From contig CAXGWC010000005.1 of the NCBI GenBank assembly GCA_964013425.1, positions 16,149-80,148 of the forward strand: a DNA stretch of 64,000 bases, read 5' to 3'. The position numbers and the translations under genes are program-made. Source of the DNA: an uncultured Candidatus Poseidoniales archaeon (GTDB lineage: Archaea; Thermoplasmatota; Poseidoniia; Poseidoniales; Thalassarchaeaceae). This document shows positions 9,459-18,626 of the stretch, piece after piece (the stretch's first letter is position 1; every line of letters begins with the position of its first letter). The notes beneath the pieces are model-generated. The model was not told the origin of the DNA and did not search any database. It was given only the letters and a program-made list of their open reading frames with translations.

Positions 9459-10169
9459 GTGACGGCGCCAGGGAGATACGTGGTCGAAGAGACAGCCGGA
9501 CTCGCGTCTCGAGTAGCTAGAAGGCTCAGAAAGAGGGACTGGACAGTTTCTGTGGCAGAATCCTGTACAGGGGGCCTGGTCGCATCATTGATTACGGATA
9601 TATCAGGTGCTTCTGCATGGTTCAACCAAGGCTGGATCACATATTCTAACGAATCAAAGATGAGGGAACTGGGAGTGGAAAAGACTGCATTCGATAGTGA
9701 TGATGCTGGTGCTGTATCTCACGAAGTCGCAATTCAGATGGCACAGGGTGCCAAGTTCCAGTCCGATTCCAATGTCTCGATAGGCATCACAGGAATAGCC
9801 GGCCCAGGTGGCTCGACTAGCAATAAGGAGGTAGGTAGAGTTCATGTTGCGGTGATTGCTGGAGATTACTTTCTATCTAGGAGAATGGATTTCGGAGATA
9901 ATGACAGATTGGATAACAAGAAATCTTTCGCGGCGTTCGCACTCAGGCTAACACTGGAGGCTCTAGATAGAGTTGATGAGAATGAAGCTGTGGTAGAAGA
10001 GGCGCTGAATAGAGACGCTTCCGAAGGGTCGTTCGACACATCCCAGTTGGACCCCTCATCTGAGGAGTGGGAAGGAAGCTTGGAATGGCAGAAAAGCCCC
10101 CGAACAGTTGCTGAGGACATCGGAAAGGTTGACTTAGCATCTCTGACTGATTGGGACTCTAAAGAGTAG
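9459..10169 (+). CDS. CinA C-terminal domain / NMN deamidase (PncC family)
   Basis: VAESCTGG, SGASAWF, TYSNESK, GAVS, TGIAGPGG; acidic C-terminal tail. Confidence 0.9.
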   Translation: MTAPGRYVVEETAGLASRVARRLRKRDWTVSVAESCTGGLVASLITDISGASAWFNQGWITYSNESKMRELGVEKTAFDSDDAGAVSHEVAIQMAQGAKFQSDSNVSIGITGIAGPGGSTSNKEVGRVHVAVIAGDYFLSRRMDFGDNDRLDNKKSFAAFALRLTLEALDRVDENEAVVEEALNRDASEGSFDTSQLDPSSEEWEGSLEWQKSPRTVAEDIGKVDLASLTDWDSKE

Positions 10170-10196
10170 TTTCAGCACTCTGTTAGCGATATCATC

Positions 10197-11846
10197 ATGA
10201 GGCGACCTTCTCTCTTGACTGACATGGTCTCTGATGATTGGCCTGCAAGACAGCGGATTTTAGCTTCTTCTGGAATCCTTGTGATGGGTAGAAAGTCACA
10301 GGAGCTAATACAGGAACTAGAAGATTTGCAACCTCTTATCCAAGCGGCTAGGGCGTCTGGGATAAAAATCCTAGATTCCAGAACAATTAGTGAATTACTC
10401 TCCATCACGGCACCTGCATCCGTTAGTCCAAATCTAGCAGAATCTACTATTACTCAACAAGTCACGCTACCAAATCCAAATAGTCACTCTTCCCTGGGAA
10501 GGACTGTAGCTCCATCGGAGGCTCTAGAACTGGCTCCCGCTCCACGTCCACACGGTCTTGAACATTTCAATTTGGCAGATTTTCCTATGCACGCTACTGA
10601 TGTAGACTCCGAGATCGAGATTCATTTCGATATTACCGGAAACTCTGTTACTGAAGGTAAGATGTCCGACATGAGGTCTTGCTTCACTGATAGGCTGAAG
10701 AGAATCAGGTCAATGATGATCTCTGCAAACTCCCTCCCAAGGAGACCGACCCCCGCCTCGGAGGCATGGAGAAACCGTCAGAGACATTCCAGCAGGGACT
10801 ATGAGGTTACAATGGTAGGACTTGCAACTGAAATGAGATGGGCTAAAAGCAAGAATTTGATGTTCGTTGTCGAGGATGAAACAGCACAAGTTAGATGCAT
10901 CGTAAAGCCACCCTCGGAGGCTTCTGAGGTACATCCTGCTTTGGATGGACTAATGGATGATGATGTAGTTGGAGTGAGCGGATATTTCCTGGTAGGTGAA
11001 GGGGACCCAATTTTCTTTGTTCAGGAAATTCACCTCCCCCCTTTGGGCATGCATTCCAAGTCTATGGCCGGACAAGACCAAGCCGTGTCAGCCGCCTTCC
11101 TGTCCGATACACATGTCGGGAGCATGACATTCTTGGGGCCTCAGTGGGAGAAAATGATCACTTGGTTCAACAGTGATCCGTTAGCTCGAACTATCAAGTA
11201 TTTCGTACTGAGTGGAGATGGTGTTGATGGGGTTGGGATATATCCAGGTCAGGATAGACATCTATCAATCAAGGATCTTTTTCATCAGTATTCTGAATTA
11301 GCGAGATTACTTGAAGCACTTCCAGATTGGGTGGACGTGATTATCCTGCCCGGAAACCACGATGCAGTAAGGCCAGCAGAACCCCAACCAGCCCTCGATC
11401 CAGAAGTCCAACAAGACTATTCTGATACAACCTTCGTAGGAAATCCGTGTGATTTCAGTCTCCACGGCGTGAGAGTCCTTTCGTATCATGGAAAGAGTAT
11501 AGATGACTTTGTTGCAACACTGAGGTCTGTTTCATACTCTCAGCCAGAAAGAGCAATGCAGGCAATGCTGGAAAGGAGGCACCTAGCTCCTTCTTGGGGG
11601 GGCAAAACACCCCTTTCGCCAGAGCCAGAGGATAATTTAGTAATTTCAACAGTACCTGACATTTTTGTAACTGGACACGTACATGGGCACTTTGTCGGTA
11701 ATTACAAGGGAACAACAATGGTTCATAGTTCGACTTGGCAAAATCAAACCGACTTTCAGAGAATGTTGGGATTCCAACCAAAACCCTGCATCCTAACTGT
11801 GGTTAATCTGCATACATTTGCGACCGCGTCTATTCCATTCGCCTAG
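10197..11846 (+). CDS. polB: DNA polymerase D small (DP1, proofreading exonuclease) subunit
   Basis: OB fold plus calcineurin-like motifs SDTHVGS, GDGVDGVGIYPGQ, PGNHD, YHG, RRHLAP, GHVH. Start may be 10224. Confidence 0.95.
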   Translation: MRRPSLLTDMVSDDWPARQRILASSGILVMGRKSQELIQELEDLQPLIQAARASGIKILDSRTISELLSITAPASVSPNLAESTITQQVTLPNPNSHSSLGRTVAPSEALELAPAPRPHGLEHFNLADFPMHATDVDSEIEIHFDITGNSVTEGKMSDMRSCFTDRLKRIRSMMISANSLPRRPTPASEAWRNRQRHSSRDYEVTMVGLATEMRWAKSKNLMFVVEDETAQVRCIVKPPSEASEVHPALDGLMDDDVVGVSGYFLVGEGDPIFFVQEIHLPPLGMHSKSMAGQDQAVSAAFLSDTHVGSMTFLGPQWEKMITWFNSDPLARTIKYFVLSGDGVDGVGIYPGQDRHLSIKDLFHQYSELARLLEALPDWVDVIILPGNHDAVRPAEPQPALDPEVQQDYSDTTFVGNPCDFSLHGVRVLSYHGKSIDDFVATLRSVSYSQPERAMQAMLERRHLAPSWGGKTPLSPEPEDNLVISTVPDIFVTGHVHGHFVGNYKGTTMVHSSTWQNQTDFQRMLGFQPKPCILTVVNLHTFATASIPFA

Positions 11847-12541
11847 TTAGCCTTAGGAAATTCTTCGCCATCAAATATGTGGGGCCATATGTCCCTAAGG
11901 TCCTTACTTTCTACTACGGGCACTCCGGATTCTAAGAATGAACTCAACGCTCTTTCCCTGGCTGGATTGAAGCCAATAAATGAGGATTCGCCAATCTTCA
12001 TCGATAAGTCAGTGCTTGAGTCCCCTACGGATACTATTCCACTGGTGTCAAATCCATTTATTCTCACAAGTTTATCTACCATCAATCCCTTATCATGAGA
12101 GTATACTCTAGTAGGAAGGCCCCTTTGCAGAAACCCGTCTTCATCCCACTCAAATCCATTAGCTGCCCAATCATCAACCCTCAGCATATTTGCAATCGCA
12201 CCGACAAATAAGTCAACTCCTGATGATACTATAGCGACATAGATTCCTCTATTTTGAAGCTCTTCAACAACATCCCTGGCTCCTTTCATGAGACCAACTC
12301 CGCTGTAGCATTTCATAATGTCATCTCGATGTATATCAGATTTCACACTCTTCCACAGCCTGATATCATGCTCAACGAATTCCTCCTCAGTTATTTTCCC
12401 ATCAAGAAACATCTCCAGGGTTTTTTTATGGGATCCATCCTCGGAATCAGTACCAAACTTTGTATGGATATTCTTCCAGGAGGATCCATTATCAGCTAGT
12501 ACACCATCGCAGTCAAAAACGACAGCCATTGTCCGTTTCAT
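11843..12541 (-). CDS. HAD-IB phosphatase, phosphoserine phosphatase-like
   Basis: FDCDGVL, VSSG, K, VGDSSTD motifs. Confidence 0.85.
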   Translation of the reverse strand: MKRTMAVVFDCDGVLADNGSSWKNIHTKFGTDSEDGSHKKTLEMFLDGKITEEEFVEHDIRLWKSVKSDIHRDDIMKCYSGVGLMKGARDVVEELQNRGIYVAIVSSGVDLFVGAIANMLRVDDWAANGFEWDEDGFLQRGLPTRVYSHDKGLMVDKLVRINGFDTSGIVSVGDSSTDLSMKIGESSFIGFNPARERALSSFLESGVPVVESKDLRDIWPHIFDGEEFPKAN

Positions 12542-12659
12542 GCTTACCCCAAGCGCTTCGTATTAATTTACTATAGTTCGTAGTCGATGAATTGATTGCT
12601 GAGAACCCGCTAAGGCATACATGGAAGCCCCCGCCCATCCAGGAGGCAGGGCAATTATT

Positions 12660-12890
12660 GTGAGAGTACTATTCTTTGGGCCTTTGGCTGAATCACTAGG
12701 TGAGAGGGAAGTTGATATCCCACTCTCTGTAGATACAAAATTAGCAGATCTAATTTCAAGATTAAATTTGGAAGAGCATACTTCCAAAGGTCTCAGAGTA
12801 GCTGTAGACGGAAGTATTTCTTCTAATTTTGACATCATTCTAGAAGACCATTCAGAAGTGGCCTTCCTCCCTCCAGTTTCAGGAGGTTAG
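12660..12890 (+). CDS. MoaD/ThiS/SAMP ubiquitin-like sulfur carrier
   Basis: VRVLFFG...EVAFLPPVSGG with C-terminal GG. Alternative start at 12621. Confidence 0.9.
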   Translation: MRVLFFGPLAESLGEREVDIPLSVDTKLADLISRLNLEEHTSKGLRVAVDGSISSNFDIILEDHSEVAFLPPVSGG

Positions 12891-12945
12891 CCATTTTTTT
12901 ATCCGAAGCATTGAACCGATATGGCCCCTACCAGTTACTGATACA

Positions 12946-13155
12946 ATGGCATTAGGTACCGTGGAGATAGTCGCATTGGTCGTTTTTGGAGTACTAATTT
13001 TTGGAGTTGACAAGATTCCTAAACTAGCTAGAAATGTTGGTTTAGCAAAGGGGGAATACCAGAAGGCCGTCAGTGAAGTAACGACTCCATCTAAAGCAGA
13101 ACAGGACATGGACAGGGGCGGAATGACCGCAGAAGTAGATATGGAAAGTGAGTGA
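12946..13155 (+). CDS. tatA: Twin-arginine translocase TatA/E subunit
   Basis: TM helix then FGVDKIPKLARNVG...EYQKA amphipathic helix. Confidence 0.9.
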   Translation: MALGTVEIVALVVFGVLIFGVDKIPKLARNVGLAKGEYQKAVSEVTTPSKAEQDMDRGGMTAEVDMESE

Positions 13156-13656
13156 TCATCTCTTGCGGAGCCTGAGGCTACTTCCACAGTCCACGCACTC
13201 TTCCGTCTCTCTCTTCTTATGACTGGGTTTCTCAGGAGAATCGAATAATTTTCCGCATCCAATACACCTCAATTCCCATTCCCAAGTCTCAGAAATACCT
13301 TCCATGACAACACCCCTCCATTCCATTTCTAGTCTCTCGGCCAGATTTTGCATCCTGTAGTCATCAGTAACCAGTACTGCTCCTTTGCTATACGCCAGTG
13401 CAACCAAGCTCAAGTCAGTTTGAGAAATTCCAGCCATATCTCCCGTCTCAACAGCAATCTTGGACACTTCTAAAATGGAATCTCCACTGGGTTCTGAAAT
13501 TATCAACCCTAAAGATTGGATGATTTGCGCTCTTGTAGGGGAAAACTTCTCCAGTTCCGTAATCTGTGAATTTACAATCATTGAGCCATTCAATTCAGAC
13601 AAGGGCCAGGAAATTAGGGCCGGTGTATCTAGAACCGTGATATCGCCCATACTCAT
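13156..13656 (-). CDS. nob1: Nob1 rRNA-processing endonuclease (PIN plus Zn ribbon)
   Basis: VLDT, ETGD..ISQTD, TDDYRMQN, CIGC...CVDCG. Confidence 0.88.
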   Translation of the reverse strand: MSMGDITVLDTPALISWPLSELNGSMIVNSQITELEKFSPTRAQIIQSLGLIISEPSGDSILEVSKIAVETGDMAGISQTDLSLVALAYSKGAVLVTDDYRMQNLAERLEMEWRGVVMEGISETWEWELRCIGCGKLFDSPEKPSHKKRETEECVDCGSSLRLRKR

Positions 13657-13743
13657 TCGTCACGCCTCTCTTTCATTGGTTTTGCCTCTAGAATTCCCCA
13701 CAAATACCACTATTTCATAATGCAATGACATCGACGACCGTAT

Positions 13744-14355
13744 ATGGGACTGTTGCCAGGTCAGTTTTGGGATACATGGGATTCCTATATTGAGTGGTCA
13801 CTTGATTTGGGCCTCCCCGGATTGGGAATTCTATCATTCACTGAAGCAGTTATCCAACCCATCCCACCTGAAGCACTAACCTTGCCGATGTACTTACAGG
13901 CACAAGGGGAGCCAATGAAATTATTTCTGATCTGGCTGATAGTGACCTTGACCAGTGTTGCAGGAGCGGTTTTAGGATGGTGGCTTGGAAAAGTATTGGG
14001 ACGAAATTTCGCAGAGAGATTCATAAAAAGAAAGCATATTGTCAGATTGGATAATCTAATTGAAAGATATGGGAGTGCTGGTATATTCATCGCCGCACTT
14101 TCACCAATCCCCTACAAAGCTCTCGCATGGATAGCAGGAATGGGGGAGATGGACCAGCGTCAATTTATTATTGCAGGTCTGTGGGGCAGGGGATTGAGAT
14201 TTGGAATTCAAGGAATAGTGGTTGGTGTTTGGGGAGACCAATTACTAAACCTACTATCCAATCCACTTATTTGGTTCATACTAACCGTAGTATCCCTAGT
14301 GGTTTTCCTGCCAGCAATTAGTTGGTGGGATTCTCTGTTAGAGGAAGAAGAGTAA
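13744..14355 (+). CDS. DedA/VTT (YqaA-like) membrane protein
   Basis: SFTEAVIQPIPPE, SVAGAVLGW, SPIPYK, GRGLRF. Confidence 0.88.
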   Translation: MGLLPGQFWDTWDSYIEWSLDLGLPGLGILSFTEAVIQPIPPEALTLPMYLQAQGEPMKLFLIWLIVTLTSVAGAVLGWWLGKVLGRNFAERFIKRKHIVRLDNLIERYGSAGIFIAALSPIPYKALAWIAGMGEMDQRQFIIAGLWGRGLRFGIQGIVVGVWGDQLLNLLSNPLIWFILTVVSLVVFLPAISWWDSLLEEEE

Positions 14356-14431
14356 TTTGAACCCGATTGAGGGACTCAGAGTGTCCTTCTACCCGATTCG
14401 ATTATGTGTCGACCACATCTCGGAGGCTTCA

Positions 14432-14509
14432 GCTCCTGTGGTGTAGTTCGGTCCATCATACCGGGTTTTCATCCCGGCGACCCGGGTTCAAATCCCGGCA
14501 GGAGCACCA
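14432..14509 (+). tRNA. tRNA-Glu(TTC)
   Basis: Acceptor GCTCCTG/CAGGAGC, anticodon arm CCGGG-TTTTCAT-CCCGG, TTCAAAT loop, ends ACCA. Confidence 0.95.
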
Positions 14510-14511
14510 AT

Positions 14512-14988
14512 TTAATCCAATTCATGAATCTGGATTGGTATTCTCCTCTCTTTCGCCTCTCTGATTATTACCCTAGTCCATTTGCTGGTCGCTGAAGGCA
14601 TTGCCAAAATATGGCTCGAAGATTTCAGGATCTTCTCAGTCAGGGAATTCGGTGCTTCGGGCCTGCCTCTGTCCTCCAGCCCTCTACGTGGATCATCCCA
14701 TTCCTCAGAGAATATCGCTATATCAATCGAATTATTCACTGCCCATCTCTCAGCCATGTAGTCAATACCGCTAGCGCCCCCTACAATAATCAGGTCTGGA
14801 TAACCGTTCATCTCTATCCATGAATCAATCAAGGACTCGAAGTTAGAGTAGTCATAGTACCTGCTTGAACCAACAATCGCTAGGTTGATTATTTCTCCAT
14901 CATCATTCAAATCCCTGCTCCCGAGGCGTTCGATAACATCCTGTCCCACACCGTCTCTCATAGTTGTGCCAACTGGGTCTGGGAACAT
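14512..14988 (-). CDS. SLOG-superfamily (YspA/DUF2493-like) protein
   Basis: LAIVGSSRYYDY, IIVGGASGIDYMAERWA, and a C-terminal helix ending A..RRIP. Confidence 0.75.
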   Translation of the reverse strand: MFPDPVGTTMRDGVGQDVIERLGSRDLNDDGEIINLAIVGSSRYYDYSNFESLIDSWIEMNGYPDLIIVGGASGIDYMAERWAVNNSIDIAIFSEEWDDPRRGLEDRGRPEAPNSLTEKILKSSSHILAMPSATSKWTRVIIREAKERRIPIQIHELD

Positions 14989-15087
14989 AAATCCATTCCT
15001 AAAATTCTAGTCAGAGGGGATTTCTTCAAAATACCACACGGTCGAATTGATAGTCTGAACCCCCGACCTGAGTCCGGAGAAGGTGCC

Positions 15088-16317
15088 ATGCCTCTAGACG
15101 TAAAATCGATTCGTAGTCAATTTCCGATCTTGCAAAGAACCCTTCCTAACGGAAAGAAGCTAGTCTATTTTGATAATGCAGCAACCTCCCAGAAACCACT
15201 CGTAGTCATCGATGCAATGTCTGATTTCTACAAGAATTATCATGCAAATGCACACAGGGCGAATCACACTCTTGCAGATGAATCCACTGCGGCCTTAGAA
15301 GGCGCTAGAAACAGGATATCGAAATTCTTTGGAACTTCCGAGGGACAGATGATCTACACCGGAAGCGCCACAGAAGCAATGAATCTAGTGGCCTATGGGT
15401 GGGCTCGTTACAATCTGAATGAAGGCGATGTCGTCGTAACTACAGAAATGGAGCATCATGCGAATATCGTTCCATGGCAAGAGCTATCCAAAGAACGGGG
15501 GATTGAGCTGAGGTATGTTCCGGTAGATACGGAGAAATTCACTCTTGATTATGATGCCATGGAAGTAGCAATTGAGGGTGCTTCACTTGTGTGTGTAGGT
15601 CACGTGAGCAATGTCCTAGGCGTTAGGAACGATATTGAGAGAGTAATCAAGATGGCCCATTCCCAGGGGGCTAGAGTGGCAATTGACAGCGCTCAGGGAG
15701 CTCCGCATGAGAAAATATTCTTCGACGATCTTGGTGCCGACTTCCTGTCAGTAGCCGCACACAAGATGGCAGGCCCTACCGGCATAGGATGTCTTCTGGT
15801 TAGTGAAGTGGCCTTATCAGAAATGGGTCCCTTTCTCACAGGTGGTTCAATAGTCAAGAGGGTCTCTATGGAGGATACACAGTTCCAAGAGGGATTTGCA
15901 ATGTTTGAGACGGGAACTCCAAGGATGGCAGAAGCAATAGGATGGGGGGTAGCTGTCGATTGGCTCGAGGAAAATATAGACTTCGAGGAAGCACACAAAC
16001 ACGTTCAGAGTATCGCTTCTTGGATGGCTGGGAGGATGCGTGAAATTCCTGGAATTACCGTATTTGGATTCCCTGAGAGAGAAGAGTCGATTGGTGTCGT
16101 TTCTTTCTTACATGATACAATACAAGCTCAAGATTTGGGATATCTTCTGGATGCCGGTGGCTTTGCCGTAAGGACTGGACACCATTGCGCTCAACCACTG
16201 ATGGAGGCCATGGGAGTTGGCTCTACCAACCGTGCTTCTGTTTGGATTTACAATACTATGGAAGAGGCCGAGGCTTTCGTCTCTCATCTCGAGTCAATAG
16301 TATCAAGATTTGGTTGA
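15088..16317 (+). CDS. sufS: Cysteine desulfurase SufS
   Basis: YFDNAATSQKP, MEHHANIVPW, AAHKMAGP (PLP Lys), RTGHHCAQP. Confidence 0.96.
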   Translation: MPLDVKSIRSQFPILQRTLPNGKKLVYFDNAATSQKPLVVIDAMSDFYKNYHANAHRANHTLADESTAALEGARNRISKFFGTSEGQMIYTGSATEAMNLVAYGWARYNLNEGDVVVTTEMEHHANIVPWQELSKERGIELRYVPVDTEKFTLDYDAMEVAIEGASLVCVGHVSNVLGVRNDIERVIKMAHSQGARVAIDSAQGAPHEKIFFDDLGADFLSVAAHKMAGPTGIGCLLVSEVALSEMGPFLTGGSIVKRVSMEDTQFQEGFAMFETGTPRMAEAIGWGVAVDWLEENIDFEEAHKHVQSIASWMAGRMREIPGITVFGFPEREESIGVVSFLHDTIQAQDLGYLLDAGGFAVRTGHHCAQPLMEAMGVGSTNRASVWIYNTMEEAEAFVSHLESIVSRFG

Positions 16318-16358
16318 ATGGCCAGAATTGTGAAATCCTAAACTGCTTTCGCAACGGC

Positions 16359-16787
16359 ATGGGCGACTCCGATAAATGGTCTGATGAGGTAGCTACAATC
16401 ATCGATAGATTCCAATCCTGTTTTGATACTATGGAGAGATACGAATTGCTATTTGAGTATGCCAATGAGCACCCTTCCGCACTCTCGGTAGATGAATGGG
16501 ATGATGAAAATATGGTCCATGGTTGCCAATCAAGAGCTCATGTCGAGTGCTCCCTAGACTCCCAAGGAGGCTTCATCGCTAAAGGAGGCGCAGATGCTCA
16601 GATTGTACAAGGACTAATGGCAATCACCGCAATCGCAGTTAACGGACTGCCTCCAAGCGACGTAGCAAATCACGACCCCTCATATGTTGACGAAATGGGG
16701 CTAAGCCAGATTTTAACACCTAGTAGAGCCAATGGTTTCATGAACATGGTAAAGAAAGTGAAGGAAGAAGCCTCATCCCTGATGTGA
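16359..16787 (+). CDS. sufE: SufE sulfur acceptor
   Basis: VHGCQS, ADAQIVQGL, LTPSRANG; follows sufS; start moved to ATG 16359. Confidence 0.92.
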   Translation: MGDSDKWSDEVATIIDRFQSCFDTMERYELLFEYANEHPSALSVDEWDDENMVHGCQSRAHVECSLDSQGGFIAKGGADAQIVQGLMAITAIAVNGLPPSDVANHDPSYVDEMGLSQILTPSRANGFMNMVKKVKEEASSLM

Positions 16788-16791
16788 TCAC

Positions 16792-17106
16792 ATGTCTGTA
16801 GAATCTGATGTCAGGGAATCTTTGAGGTCTGTAGAAGATCCAGAGATGAAAATTTCAGTAATTGAGCTTGGGCTGATCTACGAGATAAGGTCCGAGGACA
16901 AAGATGGCGGTACCCACATAGAGGTCGATATGACCTTAACCAGTCCTGGTTGCCCAATTGCTCCTGAGCTTATGGCCGCTGTACATAGAGCGACAGAGCA
17001 GACTGAAGGGGTCAGTTCCGCGCATGTCAATCTAACATTCTCTCCTCTTTGGGATCCCAAGAAACATGCCTCCGAGGATGCCAGAATAGACATGGGAATC
17101 TTTTGA
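16792..17106 (+). CDS. sufT: SufT/DUF59 Fe-S assembly protein
   Basis: DPE..ISVIELGLIY, TLTSPGCP, FSPLW. Confidence 0.9.
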   Translation: MSVESDVRESLRSVEDPEMKISVIELGLIYEIRSEDKDGGTHIEVDMTLTSPGCPIAPELMAAVHRATEQTEGVSSAHVNLTFSPLWDPKKHASEDARIDMGIF

Positions 17107-17109
17107 TTA

Positions 17110-17979
17110 TCACTGTTGCATCTCAGTCGCTCTAACAGTATTTGACATCAGCATCGCGATAGTCATCGGACCCACGCCCCCAGGTACTGGAGAAACCGCT
17201 CCAGCGACTTCTATGACATCTGGATGAACATCCCCGGATAGGTAATATCCCTTTTCCGAATCGTCATTAACGCGGTTTACCCCGACGTCAATAACGGTAG
17301 CACCCGGTTTTATCCAATCTGGAGTAATCATGTTCGGACTTCCCACAGCGGCTACTATCAGATCCGCACTTCGGCACAAATCGGCCATGTCAATTGTTCT
17401 AGAGTGAGCTATAGTAACAGTTGCATCTACTCCTCTCTGTGCGAGTAATATCGATTGAGGCATCCCAACAATTCTACTACGGCCAATCACTACTGCTCTC
17501 TTCCCCTGAATTTCTAAATCTGTACTTTCTAGCATCCGCATTACGCCAGCAGGAGTACAGGGAAGTAACCCGCTTACATCTCCTTGGACCAGTCTACCCA
17601 GATTCTGCGCATGGAACCCGTCAACATCCTTGTTCGGATCGATTAGATCTGTGATTGAAACCTCATCCATACCCGAGGGGAGAGGAGATTGGACAAGAAC
17701 GCCATTAATACCCGGGTCTTCATTGAGTGACCTTACAGTTGTTGCCACCTCCTCATACTCTGCGTCAGAAGCGACATCAACACGAACACTTCGAATTCCC
17801 AGTCGTGCGCATGCCCGTTCCTTAGCGCCAACATAGACGTGAGAAGCAGGATCATCTCCTACAATGACTACAGCTAGACAGGGAACTACTCCATTTTTTG
17901 ATAATTCTGCAATTCGGCCAATAAGCTCCGCCTCGATTTCTCGAGCTATCTCTTTCCCGTCAATAATTGTCCCGGGCAT
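17110..17979 (-). CDS. folD: Methylenetetrahydrofolate dehydrogenase/cyclohydrolase
   Basis: YVGAK, KDVDGFH, PCTPAG, GRSRIVG, VIDVG, PVPGGVGPMT. Confidence 0.97.
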   Translation of the reverse strand: MPGTIIDGKEIAREIEAELIGRIAELSKNGVVPCLAVVIVGDDPASHVYVGAKERACARLGIRSVRVDVASDAEYEEVATTVRSLNEDPGINGVLVQSPLPSGMDEVSITDLIDPNKDVDGFHAQNLGRLVQGDVSGLLPCTPAGVMRMLESTDLEIQGKRAVVIGRSRIVGMPQSILLAQRGVDATVTIAHSRTIDMADLCRSADLIVAAVGSPNMITPDWIKPGATVIDVGVNRVNDDSEKGYYLSGDVHPDVIEVAGAVSPVPGGVGPMTIAMLMSNTVRATEMQQ

Positions 17980-18020
17980 GGTCTGCCGGTTGGCTTTCGC
18001 CCTTTGACCTTGACGTATTT

Positions 18021-18097
<77 letters not shown>

Positions 18098-18180
18098 GGC
18101 AACCCTTGGAAGGCAAACCACTATTGAAACCTATAGGCGATTAGGGGGGACTTTGATGCGTAGTACCCCCTGGCAGGTAC

Positions 18181-18582
18181 ATGAGTACATCCATTCGGAA
18201 CAATAGCAGGGCCAACCTTGCAATATCTGGTTGGATGTGCATAGTAATCGGAAGTGGAATCATACTAAGCTCGGGTCCGTCGAGTATAGTGCTAGCCATA
18301 GCAGCCCCGATTTCAATTTCAGGAATAGGCCTACTGCTGGTTGCAATAGGAATGACTGATGAGAATGAAGTCAACCAGGAGGAAATACATGCCTGGGTGC
18401 CGGATACCGATTTTCTTCCAGATGCTGGGGGGCCAATGTTCAGAGTAGATACTACCTTGATTTCTCCTGTGAAGACCTCAATACTGTGTGGAAGATGTGG
18501 AAACGTAGAAATTTTGAATGGTCCAAAGCCCAGTAAATACTTCTGTAATGAATGTGAAATTATACTGTGGGAAGAAGAGTGA
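18181..18582 (+). CDS. Hypothetical two-TM protein with C-terminal Zn ribbon
   Basis: Two hydrophobic segments; CGRC...CNEC. Confidence 0.65.
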   Translation: MSTSIRNNSRANLAISGWMCIVIGSGIILSSGPSSIVLAIAAPISISGIGLLLVAIGMTDENEVNQEEIHAWVPDTDFLPDAGGPMFRVDTTLISPVKTSILCGRCGNVEILNGPKPSKYFCNECEIILWEEE

Positions 18583-18626
18583 TTTTCCACGGTAGTCTCA
18601 ATAGTGAGGCCCCAATCGAGAAGTCA

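Noticed and set aside
14356-14431. Possible small RNA between dedA and tRNA-Glu (TTTGAACC element, ACCCGATT twice)
   Set aside because: Only 76 bp with no convincing structure; explicable as tRNA promoter and leader.
14367-14595. Short ORFs at 14367 and 14404
   Set aside because: They overlap tRNA-Glu and show no protein-like features.
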